Shown: positions 8,740-18,021 of the stretch, in pieces | How the letters are laid out: every line of letters begins with the position of its first letter | Numbering within the stretch: the stretch's first letter is position 1 | Assembly: GCA_965140785.1 (NCBI GenBank) | Contig: OZ223518.1 | Span: forward strand, 32,001-96,000 | Reading direction: 5' to 3' | Length of the DNA stretch: 64,000 nucleotides | Origin: an uncultured Ruficoccus sp. | GTDB lineage: Bacteria > Verrucomicrobiota > Verrucomicrobiia > Opitutales > Cerasicoccaceae | Translations under genes and position numbers: made by a program | The notes under the pieces: model-generated | Seen by the model: only the letters and a program-made list of their open reading frames with translations | Told to the model about the DNA's origin: nothing | The model's database searches: none

Positions 8740-9923
8740 GAGCGGGCTTGGGCGGAGCGGCGGGCGGTGAAGCGGACCAGGTGTATCATAAACTGGATAC
8801 ACATGCCGATGCCGACGACGAGGACGGCCAGGTAGGGCAGCAGCCAGCTGGGGTTGCGCACGACCTGGAGCATGGAGGCGGTGTTCTGCTTGGCAAAGGA
8901 AGCCTGATAAAAGGTGTAGCCGCCGTGGCGCAGGGGGTGGTTCATGTAGATGAGAGCGGGCTGGGGCGACTCGCCGGGAGTGAGGATGCGCACGTCGCTG
9001 GCGAAGTTTTTCGGGATATCGGTGCCGGGGTAAACGTCGTGGGTGAAGTTTTTCAGCGCCAGTGAGAAGGGCAGGTAGGTGCGCTTGAAGCGCAGGGCGA
9101 TCTCGTAGGTCTTGCCGCCCACCTCGACCGTCTGCGGCGGGAAGCGGTCATCGATCACGTTGGAAACGAGCCAGGAGCCCAGGGAGCCATCGGGGCCGAC
9201 CAGCTCGACAATGGCGGTGGTGGTATTGATGCCTTCCTGACTGTAGTCGGGCGCCTTCTCCACCGCAAACAGCCCCATGCGGGCGGCGGCGCCTCGGGTG
9301 GCACGCGGGGCGGGGCCGTTGGGATTTTGCATTTGGGTGCCCAGCCCGGCATTGATCATGAAGTCCTGCACATTGACCGTCAGGCCGAGGTCGGGCAGTT
9401 CGATGGGGCGCTCTTTTTTCAATAAACTTTGCGGGATACTGGTGACCGTGTCATAGTCGGGATTCGAGCGGTCGATGAGGACCAACTCGTTGCTCAGGTG
9501 GGTCTGGGCGAAGTTGCTCTGGCCGCCTTCGTCGATCCACATCTGGCTCTCTTCCTGCAGCCAGCTGACGAGAAAGCCGCTCACGATGAGCAGGACGACT
9601 CCGAGGTGGGTGAGGGCGATGCCGGCTTTTTTCCAGCTCGGGCGGTAGTAGCGGAAATGTGCGCAGCAGAGGTTGACCAGCAGGAGGATGCCCAGGGCGA
9701 AGCCGCCGGGCAGGGGCACTTTTAGCCAATGCAACTGCATGCCGCCGAACCACTCCGCCGGGTAGTGCCAGAAGACCAGGAAGCTCTCGAAGTAACGGCG
9801 CTGGGTCTCGTGGATGCCGAAGTGTACCTGATCGAGGGTACCGAAGAAGACCAGCAGGATACTAAAGGCCAGCAACACCACGGTCAGCCGCAGCGAACTT
9901 ATGAAACGGAAAAGGGACTTCAT
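8736..9923 (-). CDS. Cytochrome c biogenesis ResB/CcsB family protein
   Basis: SSLRLTVVLL N-terminal TM, THLGV, IYMNHPLRHGGYTFYQASF; adjacent to ccsA. Confidence 0.85.
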   Translation of the reverse strand: MKSLFRFISSLRLTVVLLAFSILLVFFGTLDQVHFGIHETQRRYFESFLVFWHYPAEWFGGMQLHWLKVPLPGGFALGILLLVNLCCAHFRYYRPSWKKAGIALTHLGVVLLIVSGFLVSWLQEESQMWIDEGGQSNFAQTHLSNELVLIDRSNPDYDTVTSIPQSLLKKERPIELPDLGLTVNVQDFMINAGLGTQMQNPNGPAPRATRGAAARMGLFAVEKAPDYSQEGINTTTAIVELVGPDGSLGSWLVSNVIDDRFPPQTVEVGGKTYEIALRFKRTYLPFSLALKNFTHDVYPGTDIPKNFASDVRILTPGESPQPALIYMNHPLRHGGYTFYQASFAKQNTASMLQVVRNPSWLLPYLAVLVVGIGMCIQFMIHLVRFTARRSAQARS

Positions 9924-10606
9924 GAGGCAGGGAAGCGCACGGAGCGCACGAAATCGAGGAAGGCGGGCGTCTGGGCCTGCACGGTGGCGGTGTCGCCCAT
10001 CAATTTAAAGAACCAGCTGGCTCCGGCGTGGGGGATGATCGCCCCGACCACGCTCTGGCCGCCGGGTCCGTCGAAATGAACGAAGAAACCGGTGTCGTCA
10101 CTGGCGGTCGTGAGGGCGTGCTGCTGGCGCTCGGCGTCGAGCTGGGCCTGCGTCATGGGGCCGAGGCCGACCTGGCCGGCCCAGCGGTTGACGTTGGCCA
10201 GGTCGCCGCCGACATCGCCCGGAAAGACCAGCACGCTGACCTCGGCGCTGCCGCCGGAGGGGCCGGGGATTTTCCAGCTGCCCTTGCGCATGGTGCCCAG
10301 GGGCTGGGCTTCCCAGTCAGCCGGGGCGGTCCACTGGGGCGTCTGGAAGCCAGCGGCCTGTTCAGCCAAGCCGGGAAGCGCGGTCATGCCCATGCCGCTA
10401 CCGGCAGGTTGAGCGGTTGCGCCGGGCTGAGCGGAAGTGGCTGAGCCGGCGTTGGCCGGGGCTGGCGAGGCGGCAGGCATCATGGGGGCGGAGGCCGGGC
10501 GTTCCTCCTTGGGAACCCGGTAGGTCGTCACCTCCTCGTCGGAACAGCCGCTGAGCAGGAGCGCCAGTGAGAGCAGCGCGCCCGCCGTGCAGGGGAAATA
10601 TCGCAT
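9920..10606 (-). CDS. Lipoprotein translationally coupled to the ccs operon
   Basis: Lipobox LSG-C, Pro/Ala linker, GGDLANVNRW..QVGL and WFFKLMG motifs. Confidence 0.75.
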   Translation of the reverse strand: MRYFPCTAGALLSLALLLSGCSDEEVTTYRVPKEERPASAPMMPAASPAPANAGSATSAQPGATAQPAGSGMGMTALPGLAEQAAGFQTPQWTAPADWEAQPLGTMRKGSWKIPGPSGGSAEVSVLVFPGDVGGDLANVNRWAGQVGLGPMTQAQLDAERQQHALTTASDDTGFFVHFDGPGGQSVVGAIIPHAGASWFFKLMGDTATVQAQTPAFLDFVRSVRFPAS

Positions 10607-10787
10607 GGCCGAACGATTCCCATATTGCGCCCCCGGTCAAGGCTAACCGGTGGCCGGAAGTTTGACTTATGGGTGCGATTAGCGTTAGTTTTGGGAAAAC
10701 AAAGTTGGATAAACCAGCCGCCGGGCGGGAAGGACTTGAATCGCCCCCGCCGGGTTGGTAATTACCGTCGAAAGAAAGGGTTTTTTG

Positions 10788-11516
10788 ATGAAAGTACAGG
10801 TATTACAGCACGTTCCGTTCGAGTGGATCGGCAGCATGGAGCCTTGGCTGCTGGAGCGCGGGGCGGAGATTTTTACGGCGAAACTCTACGAGTCGGACGA
10901 CCTGCCAGACCCGGCGACGGTGGATCTGGTGATCGCCATGGGCGGGCCGATGAGCGTCAACGACGAGGCCGGGCACCCCTGGCTGGTGCCGGAGAAGGCC
11001 TTCCTGCGCGAAGCCGTCCAGCGCGGCGTGCCCACGCTCGGGGTGTGCCTGGGCGCGCAGCTCATCGCCAACGCGCACGGGGCCACCGTGGGGCGCAACC
11101 CGCAGCCGGAGATCGGCTGGTTCCCCATCGAGTCCGTGCCCGCGCCCCGGGGGACGTTTACCTTTCCGGCCAGGCTCGACGTTTACCACTGGCATGGGGA
11201 AACCTTCGGGTTGCCGGCGGAGGCCTCCCTGCTCGCGTCCAGTCTGGCGTGCAAGAACCAGGCCTTCCAGATGGGGGATAACGCCATCGGCATGCAGTTT
11301 CACCTGGAAACGACCCCCGAAACAGCCGCTCTGCTGGTCGAGAACTGCCGAGACGAGATCGTGCCGGGCGAGTACGTCCAGAGCGCCGAGGCCATGCTCG
11401 CCGCCCCGCCCGAGCGTTATGCGGCCATCAACAAACTCTCGGGCCGCATCCTCGACTACGTGCTCGGCAACCGCACCGGAGCGAAAAAGCGCCCCGAGGA
11501 CGTGATCATATTTTAG
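10788..11516 (+). CDS. Type 1 glutamine amidotransferase (GuaA-like stand-alone)
   Basis: MGGPMS, GVCLGAQL (catalytic Cys), QFHLE (His/Glu). Confidence 0.9.
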   Translation: MKVQVLQHVPFEWIGSMEPWLLERGAEIFTAKLYESDDLPDPATVDLVIAMGGPMSVNDEAGHPWLVPEKAFLREAVQRGVPTLGVCLGAQLIANAHGATVGRNPQPEIGWFPIESVPAPRGTFTFPARLDVYHWHGETFGLPAEASLLASSLACKNQAFQMGDNAIGMQFHLETTPETAALLVENCRDEIVPGEYVQSAEAMLAAPPERYAAINKLSGRILDYVLGNRTGAKKRPEDVIIF

Positions 11517-11517
11517 A

Positions 11518-11654
11518 GGCGGGCGTTTTTTCTGGGCTTATGCAGCCCAGACCCGCAGCAGACGAAGTCTGCACTTTCGATGCTGCGCATCGTGTCTGCA
11601 ATTGCTGAAATGGATATCCATTTCAGCAATTGCAGAGCAAAAGCATCAAAACTG
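11518..11654 (+). other. Four-hairpin structured intergenic element, copy 1 (ncRNA or MITE-like)
   Basis: H1 11531-11551, H2 11558-11572, H3 11578-11592, H4 perfect 42-bp palindrome 11595-11636; homologous to 26845-26988. Confidence 0.75.
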
Positions 11655-11745
11655 GGTCTCCACCATAGGATGGAATCTCTGTGGCAGGGGCCTTTGAGGA
11701 ACAGTGAGTGCTGACGATTGGTCAGGCAAGCTCTGTGCATTGCTT

Positions 11746-11830
11746 GGGGTAGCGGCCTTTTGGACGCGTAGGGGCGATAGCCCCTTCATGTCCCGTGCGG
11801 TCACGCACCCGCGTAGGGGCGCAGCCCCTC
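11746..11830. repeat. GTAG-type REP cluster
   Basis: GGGGTAGCGGCC...GCGTAGGGGC-GATA/GCA-GCCCC; same units as 13985 and 55843. Confidence 0.85.
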
Positions 11831-11855
11831 AATCGGGTCAAGCGCCGAGCGCTTG

Positions 11856-12959
11856 TCACCCACCGATTTTGAAGAGGGTGACGTCGCCGTCTTTGAAGAG
11901 GTACTCTTTGCCTTCGAGGCGGTACTTGCCGGCGTCGCGGGCGGCGGCGATGGAGCCGGCGGCAATGAGGTCGTCGTAGGAGACGACTTCGGCCTTGATG
12001 AATTTCTTCTCGAAGTCGGTGTGGATGACCCCGGCGCATTGGGGGGCCTTCATGCCGAGGCGGAAGGTCCAGGCGCGGGTTTCCTTTTCGCCGGTGGTGA
12101 AGTAGCTGGCCAGCCCGAGCAGGCGGTAGGCCTCGCGGATGAGGCGGTTGCAGCCGCTGTCGGAGATGCCGAGGCTTTCGAGGTATTCTTTGGCCTCGTC
12201 GGGGGCGAGTTCGCCCAGTTCCTCCTCGACGCGGGCACAGATCGGGCAGTAGCCGGCACCGTGGTGCTCGGCGGCCCAGGCGGCGACCTTCTGGACGAGC
12301 GGGAGGTTGTCGGCGTCGGCCAGCTCGTCTTCCTTCACATTGCAGGCGTAGAGGACTTTTTTGGCCGAGAGCAGGTTGTAGAATTTTAAAAGCGCGCGCT
12401 CGTCGTCAGTCAGCTCCATGGTGATGACGGGCTTGCCCTCGCCGGTGTGGGCGAGGATGCGGGTGAGCAGGGCGTGGTGGGTCTGGGCTTCCTTGTCGCC
12501 GCTCTTGGCCTTCTTGGCCCAGCTGTTGAGCTGGCGCTCGACGCTTTCAAGGTCGGCCAGGACGAGTTCGGTGTTGATGATCTCGATATCGCGGACGGGA
12601 TCGACGCCGCCCATGTTGTGGATGACGTCGTCGTCCTCGAAGCAGCGCACGACGTGGACGATGGCGTCCACCTCGCGGATGTTGGCGAGAAACTTGTTGC
12701 CTAAACCTTCGCCCTTGCTGGCCCCGGCGACGAGCCCGGCGATGTCCACGAACTCGATGGCGGCGGGAATGATCGTGCGGGTACCGCCGATCTTGGCTAG
12801 CGGCGCCAAGCGTTCGTCCGGCACCTCAACGACACCGACATTCGGCTCGATGGTGCAGAAGGGATAGTTCGCTGCCTCCGCCTTACGGGTGCGGGTGAGG
12901 GCGTTGAAAAGGGTGCTTTTGCCCACGTTGGGCAGTCCGACGATTCCGGCTTGGAGCAT
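11856..12959 (-). CDS. ychF: Redox-regulated ATPase YchF
   Basis: [29 protein letters not shown]-terminal TGS domain. Confidence 0.97.
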   Translation of the reverse strand: MLQAGIVGLPNVGKSTLFNALTRTRKAEAANYPFCTIEPNVGVVEVPDERLAPLAKIGGTRTIIPAAIEFVDIAGLVAGASKGEGLGNKFLANIREVDAIVHVVRCFEDDDVIHNMGGVDPVRDIEIINTELVLADLESVERQLNSWAKKAKSGDKEAQTHHALLTRILAHTGEGKPVITMELTDDERALLKFYNLLSAKKVLYACNVKEDELADADNLPLVQKVAAWAAEHHGAGYCPICARVEEELGELAPDEAKEYLESLGISDSGCNRLIREAYRLLGLASYFTTGEKETRAWTFRLGMKAPQCAGVIHTDFEKKFIKAEVVSYDDLIAAGSIAAARDAGKYRLEGKEYLFKDGDVTLFKIGG

Positions 12960-13306
12960 AGTTGCGGTGGAAAATGTTTTTGAGCTAAACCTGAGGGATC
13001 GTTCACCAATGACTCATGTCGTCTGCTTGGCTGGGTTCTGGGGCCTTTTTCGTGTTCTCCCCTCGACAATTCTCAACATTGCCTCGGTTCGAAGCCCGAA
13101 AACGTTTCTCAAAACCAGCCTGCGCATACTCGTTCCGTCATTTGCAAACAATCCCAAGCTCTAAAGGGAAAATCCCCCGCTCGCCAAGCGTTATCTCCGG
13201 CCGGAGCAATTCAATCGGGTCCGGCGGACCCGTCGGGCGTAGGGCTTTACCCCCGGCGGGGCGTTTTTGGCTTTCGCCGGGCGGGATTTCTCTTTCAGCT
13301 AAAGGG

Positions 13307-13777
13307 ATGGACAAAACCCAGGTCTTCGACGCGCTGCGCAGCAAGCTCCAGTCCGAGTTGGCGGTGGCGGTGGGCGCTTCGCGCGACGCCGCCGACTACG
13401 CGACCAACGAAGAGTCCCGCGCGGAGTCCAAATACGACACTCAGGGGCTTGAAGCCTCCTACCTGGCCGCCGGTCAGGCCACGCTGGCCCGCGCTCTGGC
13501 CGAGGCGGTGGGCATCCTCGACAGTCTGCACGGGGAGTTGACCACTCCGCGCGAAAGTGTCCTGCGCGGCGCGTTGGTCCAGTGCAGCCTCGGGCGGTTC
13601 AAGGAATGGTTTTACCTCGCCCCGGTCGGCGGCGGGGAAACCCTGGACATCGACGGGACGGAGGTGACCGTCGTGACCGCGCAGTCTCCTATCGGAGCGG
13701 CCATCACCGGCAAAGCCGCCGGGGCGAAGTTCAAGCTCCCCAACGGGGCCGACGGAAGCATCGTGAAGGTGGTCTGA
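13307..13777 (+). CDS. GreA/GreB-family transcription factor-like protein
   Basis: ESKYDTQGLEASYLAAGQ and C-terminal VTAQSPIGAAI.GK..G. Confidence 0.8.
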   Translation: MDKTQVFDALRSKLQSELAVAVGASRDAADYATNEESRAESKYDTQGLEASYLAAGQATLARALAEAVGILDSLHGELTTPRESVLRGALVQCSLGRFKEWFYLAPVGGGETLDIDGTEVTVVTAQSPIGAAITGKAAGAKFKLPNGADGSIVKVV

Positions 13778-13792
13778 GGGAGCGTCTGGGCG

Positions 13793-13956
13793 CTAGTGTG
13801 GCGTTAGCTTAGTTCATTGAAGATGTATTTGAGCCACTAAAAGGCACAAAAAGCACAGAACTGAAACTGACCCCTCTAGATTCGCGGCTTATCCTGATTT
13901 TTTGTGAGTTTTGTGGCCATTAACTTTTGCCTAGAACTAGGCTAACATAATACTAG
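13793..13956. mobile_element. 164-bp MITE-like element with imperfect 23-bp terminal inverted repeats bounded by CTAG
   Basis: Left end CTAGTGTGGCGTTAGCTTAGTTC vs reverse complement of right end CTAGTATTATGTTAGCCTAGTTC; no ORF inside. Confidence 0.6.
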
Positions 13957-13984
13957 ACTGTTCGAACGCACTCCAGACTGGGCA

Positions 13985-14025
13985 GGGGTAGCCGCCTTTC
14001 TGGCGGCGTAGGGGCGCAGCCCCTC
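13985..14025. repeat. GTAG-type REP doublet
   Basis: GGGGTAGCCGCC-TTTCT-GGCGGCGTAGGGGC-GCA-GCCCCTC. Confidence 0.85.
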
Positions 14026-14046
14026 AGTGCCAGCGGGTGCAATCCG

Positions 14047-15657
14047 TTACCACATGCCCTGGTTGAGGGATTCGTTGACTTCGGCCAATTGGGTGAAACC
14101 GGTCTTGAGCTGGTCCACGCGCTCGGCGTGAAAGCCGGTGCGGGGGACGAGGGGGAGTTCCTCGAGTTCCTGGGCCTGCTCACGGAAGAAATCGGTCAGC
14201 GATCGGCCTTTGGCGCGCCCGCGATTGCGGATGATGCCGATGATTTTGTTGCGTTCGTTCAGGGTGATGCGCTTGCCCTCCAGAGAGGCGTACTCCTTGA
14301 CCACGGCATTGTGGGCGGTGATCCACTGGGAGAGGCGCGGGTTCTCGATGCCGGGAATGATGATGGGGGAGAATGGGTCACTGTAGTAAACGGCCATGAT
14401 GGAACCGGACTGCTCCATGGCGGCCTCGGCATCGATCAGGCGTTGGTTGATCATGGCGAGAGCCTCGGCGTGGAAGGGAATCCACTTGATGCGGTCGTCG
14501 AGCTTGACGCCAAAGCGGCGGACCTTGTCGAAGCCCGTCCCGGCCATGATCCAGTCTTTTTCACTGGTGGGGCTGAAGGTGGCGTAGGTGGCGACGGCCA
14601 CGACGACGTCCTTGTCGTTGACGATGGGGCTGCCGCTGTTGCCGGGGACGAACTTCGCGCTGGTCTCGATGCGGTCGAAGGCGTCGCCCTTGACCTCGCC
14701 CCGGATCTCGGTGATGACGCCCGCGCCCGCGCTGTTGCCGTAGACGGTGACATCCTCGCCAATGTCGGCCTCGGTCGTGAAGGTCAGGCAGGGGGGCTGC
14801 TGGTTAATGGTGATGCGGGCCAGGTCGCGGTCCTGGGCCAGCTCGATCAGGCGGGGCTTGAGCTGGGTGCCGTCGCGCATGCGGATGCTCAAGTCCTTGC
14901 CGGAGCCGACGACGTGGCTGTTGGTGAAGAAGTAAACCACGCCGTCCATCTGGCAGAGAAAGCCCGTGCCCGAGCCCTCGGCGGTGGTGACGAGCCCGAC
15001 GGCGTCCTCGGGGTCCCGCACGGGCATGAAGCGGCTCGCGTGCTGGGAAGCATGGACGCGTTCAGCTTTTTCCTCTTCGGCGTCAGCCAGCTTTTGGAGC
15101 TGAGCGGCGCTGAACTTGGGGGTGGAGACTTCCTCGGGCTCATGCCGGGCGACCGCCTGCGCGGCCTCCGAGCGTTCGATGGCCTCGCGGTAGCGGTCGG
15201 TCTCAATGAGGCGGAAGAGATTCTGCGGGAAGGGGACCCGGCGCTGAGTGTCGCCGACCGGGACGACCAGCTCGACTTTCCCGTCCGCGGCGGCGGCGAC
15301 GGGGTAGGGCGTGCCCTTCTGGATGAGGATGACGCCCTTGTCGAAGTTCAGGACGATCATGCCGTTGACGCTGGCGTTTTTGCCCTCGCGGGTACTGACG
15401 GTGCGCCCGTTCTTTTTCTTGGGTAGCTCGACCACGTGGACGGCGTCCCCGAAGTCGTAGTTAATAAAGAACACGTCGTTATTTTCGCTGATGATCTCGA
15501 AGGACTGCGAGGGGTATATCTTGCGCTTGCCCTCGTCGATGGGATAGCGGACGGCAAAGCTGGCGTTGGGCAGCGCGACATACGTGGCGGCGTGGGCGGA
15601 TAGCGGGATCAGCGATAAAAGCAGGCTCAGGAAACAGTAGAGGAAAACGGCTCTCAT
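14047..15657 (-). CDS. Secreted trypsin-like (S1) serine protease, no PDZ domain
   Basis: Signal peptide from MRAVFLYC; triad TNSHVV / DRDLA / PGNSGSP. Confidence 0.85.
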   Translation of the reverse strand: MRAVFLYCFLSLLLSLIPLSAHAATYVALPNASFAVRYPIDEGKRKIYPSQSFEIISENNDVFFINYDFGDAVHVVELPKKKNGRTVSTREGKNASVNGMIVLNFDKGVILIQKGTPYPVAAAADGKVELVVPVGDTQRRVPFPQNLFRLIETDRYREAIERSEAAQAVARHEPEEVSTPKFSAAQLQKLADAEEEKAERVHASQHASRFMPVRDPEDAVGLVTTAEGSGTGFLCQMDGVVYFFTNSHVVGSGKDLSIRMRDGTQLKPRLIELAQDRDLARITINQQPPCLTFTTEADIGEDVTVYGNSAGAGVITEIRGEVKGDAFDRIETSAKFVPGNSGSPIVNDKDVVVAVATYATFSPTSEKDWIMAGTGFDKVRRFGVKLDDRIKWIPFHAEALAMINQRLIDAEAAMEQSGSIMAVYYSDPFSPIIIPGIENPRLSQWITAHNAVVKEYASLEGKRITLNERNKIIGIIRNRGRAKGRSLTDFFREQAQELEELPLVPRTGFHAERVDQLKTGFTQLAEVNESLNQGMW

Positions 15658-15825
15658 AAACAGCGGGAATGAAGGTGCACGCCCAGTAAAAGGCTTCCAT
15701 GGGGGATTGTCATGGCTAATATGAGAAAAGTTCACGAATCAGTGATGCTGATGGTGCTCCGGCGGGTTTGAGCACCGAAAGTCTTGGCGGTGGGGGCGGG
15801 GATACCGCCTCGATCCGGGTTCGAT

Positions 15826-15922
15826 GCGCAACCCTTTCAGGGGTGAAAAATGCTCTCGTCAGCTCCTTTTCCCCGGGTAGCGGGGCAACCGGGGGCTGGT
15901 ATGCGGAAACCCGTCGGGGGTC
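15826..15922. repeat. Degenerate multi-hairpin REP-like element
   Basis: caaccctttcaggggtg ... ccccgggtagcggggcaaccggggg ... aacccgtcgggggt short imperfect hairpins. Confidence 0.4.
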
Positions 15923-15968
15923 AGGGGAGGCCTCGAAATACGGGTGACAAGAACCCGTCAACCACGCC

Positions 15969-16340
15969 TTACGGGATCACCCGGTTGCAGCCGTGGGGGG
16001 CGGGGCGCCCGGCCTCGTCGATAGAGACGAAGACAATGCGGTCGATGGTGATGATCTTGTCTTTGGTTACCTTGTTGCGAACCTCGCAGCAGAGGGTGAT
16101 CGAGGAGGTGCCGAAGGCCACGACGTCCATGCCCAGCTCGATCACGTCGCCGGGCTTGGCGGAGGACTTGAAGTCGATTTCAGAGATGAACTTGGTGACG
16201 ATGTGCGGGTTGTTGTCGAGCTGGCACATCGCGAAGATGGCGGCCTCCTCGTCAATCCACTGGAGCAGTTGCCCTCCGAAGAGGCTACCGTGTGCGTTGA
16301 GGTCGGCGGGCCGGATCCATTTGCGGCTGTAGAATCTCAT
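15969..16340 (-). CDS. Acyl-CoA thioesterase (hotdog fold)
   Basis: DLNAHGSLFGGQLLQWIDEEA motif. Confidence 0.9.
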   Translation of the reverse strand: MRFYSRKWIRPADLNAHGSLFGGQLLQWIDEEAAIFAMCQLDNNPHIVTKFISEIDFKSSAKPGDVIELGMDVVAFGTSSITLCCEVRNKVTKDKIITIDRIVFVSIDEAGRPAPHGCNRVIP

Positions 16341-16422
16341 GATGAAGCAGGTCTAAAAATGAGAGAAAAACGCAGGTGCACCGGGGGAGGTTTGTGGGGG
16401 CTGGTCTCGAAGGAGAGCCCGA

Positions 16423-18000
16423 TCAATGCCCGGCGGCGGCCGGTTTACCGGGGTCAGGGCGCTTGCGCATAAACAGGAGCAGCGGGATGACGCAGGCCAG
16501 GCTGAGGCCGAAAATAGCAAAAATGCGCTCGAAGGCCAGGCTGCTGGCGATGAGATTGTTGACATACTCGATGGTCTTGAGCGCGAAAAGCCGTGCCGTG
16601 TCGAGGGTGATGCCCTGATCGGTGAAGTGCCGCTCAAGGTTGGACATGGTGACGATGGAGGCCGGATCATTGGGGACAACGGCGTTGGCCAGGACGAGCT
16701 CGAAGTTGGCCTTGACCCTGCCCAGGATACTGGCGGCGATGACGATGCCCACCCCGCTGCCGAACTGGCGGGTGAGGTTGAGCAGGCCGCAGGCGTTGGC
16801 CTGTTGCTCGGGGCGCAGGTCGGCCACGGCCAGGGCGTTGAGCGGGACAAAGATGATGCCCAGTCCGATGCCGCGCAGCAGGAAGGGCAGGTACAGGTCG
16901 ATCTTCGGCGTGTCGAAGCTGAAGGTGCTGTACTTGAACATGGCGAAGAAAAAGATCCCCAGCCCGATCAGAATGAGCGCGTAGGGGTTGATGCGGTGGG
17001 CGACCTTGCCCGCGATGTACATGCTCAGGCCCGTTCCTGCCGCCACCGGGAACATGATCAACCCCGTCTCCAGGGCCGAGAAGCCCATCAGGTCGATCAA
17101 CAGCATGGGGGTGACGAAAACGATGGCCAGGGTGCACAGCGCCTGCATGAAGCTGAAAATACAGCAGGCGGTGAACTGGAGGTTCTTTAAAATGCGCAGG
17201 TCCACAATGGGATCGGTGACATTGAGCTCGCGCAGGACAAACATGATGGCGCTGGCCCCGCAGAGAACGGCGAGGTTCATGCCGTTGCCCAGGAAGCCCC
17301 AGTTCATATCCGAGGCCTCGACCAGCAGGTACTGGAGTGAGCCGATGGCAAAAGTCAGCAGGAGCAGCCCCTGTAAGTCGATCTTCTTGACCTTTTCGCG
17401 GTAGGCCGAGTCGGGCACGATCAGGGCGACGAAGACCACGGCGACGAGGCCGAAGGGTACGGTAACATAGAAAATCCACGGCCAGGAAAGGATGCCCGTG
17501 ATGTAGCCGCCGATGGCGGGCCCCATGGCCGGACCGACCATCAGGCCGAGGCCCCACAGGGACATGGCCCGGGCGTGTTCGCGGGGCGGAAATACCTCGT
17601 AGATGATCGCTTGGGCAGTGGCGACAAGCGCGCCGCCGCCCATGCCCTGAAGCACGCGCCAGATGATGATCTCGCTCAGCGAGGTGGACAGCCCGCACAT
17701 GAGGCTGGCAAAGGTGAAAAGCAGCAGCGATCCGTTGAAATAGCGCTTGCGCCCGAAGAGCTGGGCCAGCCAGCCGGTCATGGGAATGATAATGACATTG
17801 GCCAGCAGGTAGCCGTTGGAGACCCAGCTGATCTGCTCCAGCGAGGCGTCGAGACTGCCCATCATATCGGGCAGCGAGACGGTGATGATGCTCGCGTCCA
17901 GCCCCTCCAGGAACGAGGCCAGCGTCACCACCGCGACGATCAGGTAGCGCAGCGGGTGGCCGTCCTCGCCGTAGGTGTTCGGCTGTGGGCTTTTGTCCAT
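16423..18000 (-). CDS. DHA2/EmrB-family MFS efflux permease
   Basis: 14-TM pattern, WRVLQGMGGG, GPAMGPAIGGYI, WPWIFY. Confidence 0.9.
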   Translation of the reverse strand: MDKSPQPNTYGEDGHPLRYLIVAVVTLASFLEGLDASIITVSLPDMMGSLDASLEQISWVSNGYLLANVIIIPMTGWLAQLFGRKRYFNGSLLLFTFASLMCGLSTSLSEIIIWRVLQGMGGGALVATAQAIIYEVFPPREHARAMSLWGLGLMVGPAMGPAIGGYITGILSWPWIFYVTVPFGLVAVVFVALIVPDSAYREKVKKIDLQGLLLLTFAIGSLQYLLVEASDMNWGFLGNGMNLAVLCGASAIMFVLRELNVTDPIVDLRILKNLQFTACCIFSFMQALCTLAIVFVTPMLLIDLMGFSALETGLIMFPVAAGTGLSMYIAGKVAHRINPYALILIGLGIFFFAMFKYSTFSFDTPKIDLYLPFLLRGIGLGIIFVPLNALAVADLRPEQQANACGLLNLTRQFGSGVGIVIAASILGRVKANFELVLANAVVPNDPASIVTMSNLERHFTDQGITLDTARLFALKTIEYVNNLIASSLAFERIFAIFGLSLACVIPLLLFMRKRPDPGKPAAAGH

Positions 18001-18021
18001 ATCCCCGGTGTGAGCCTGAAA

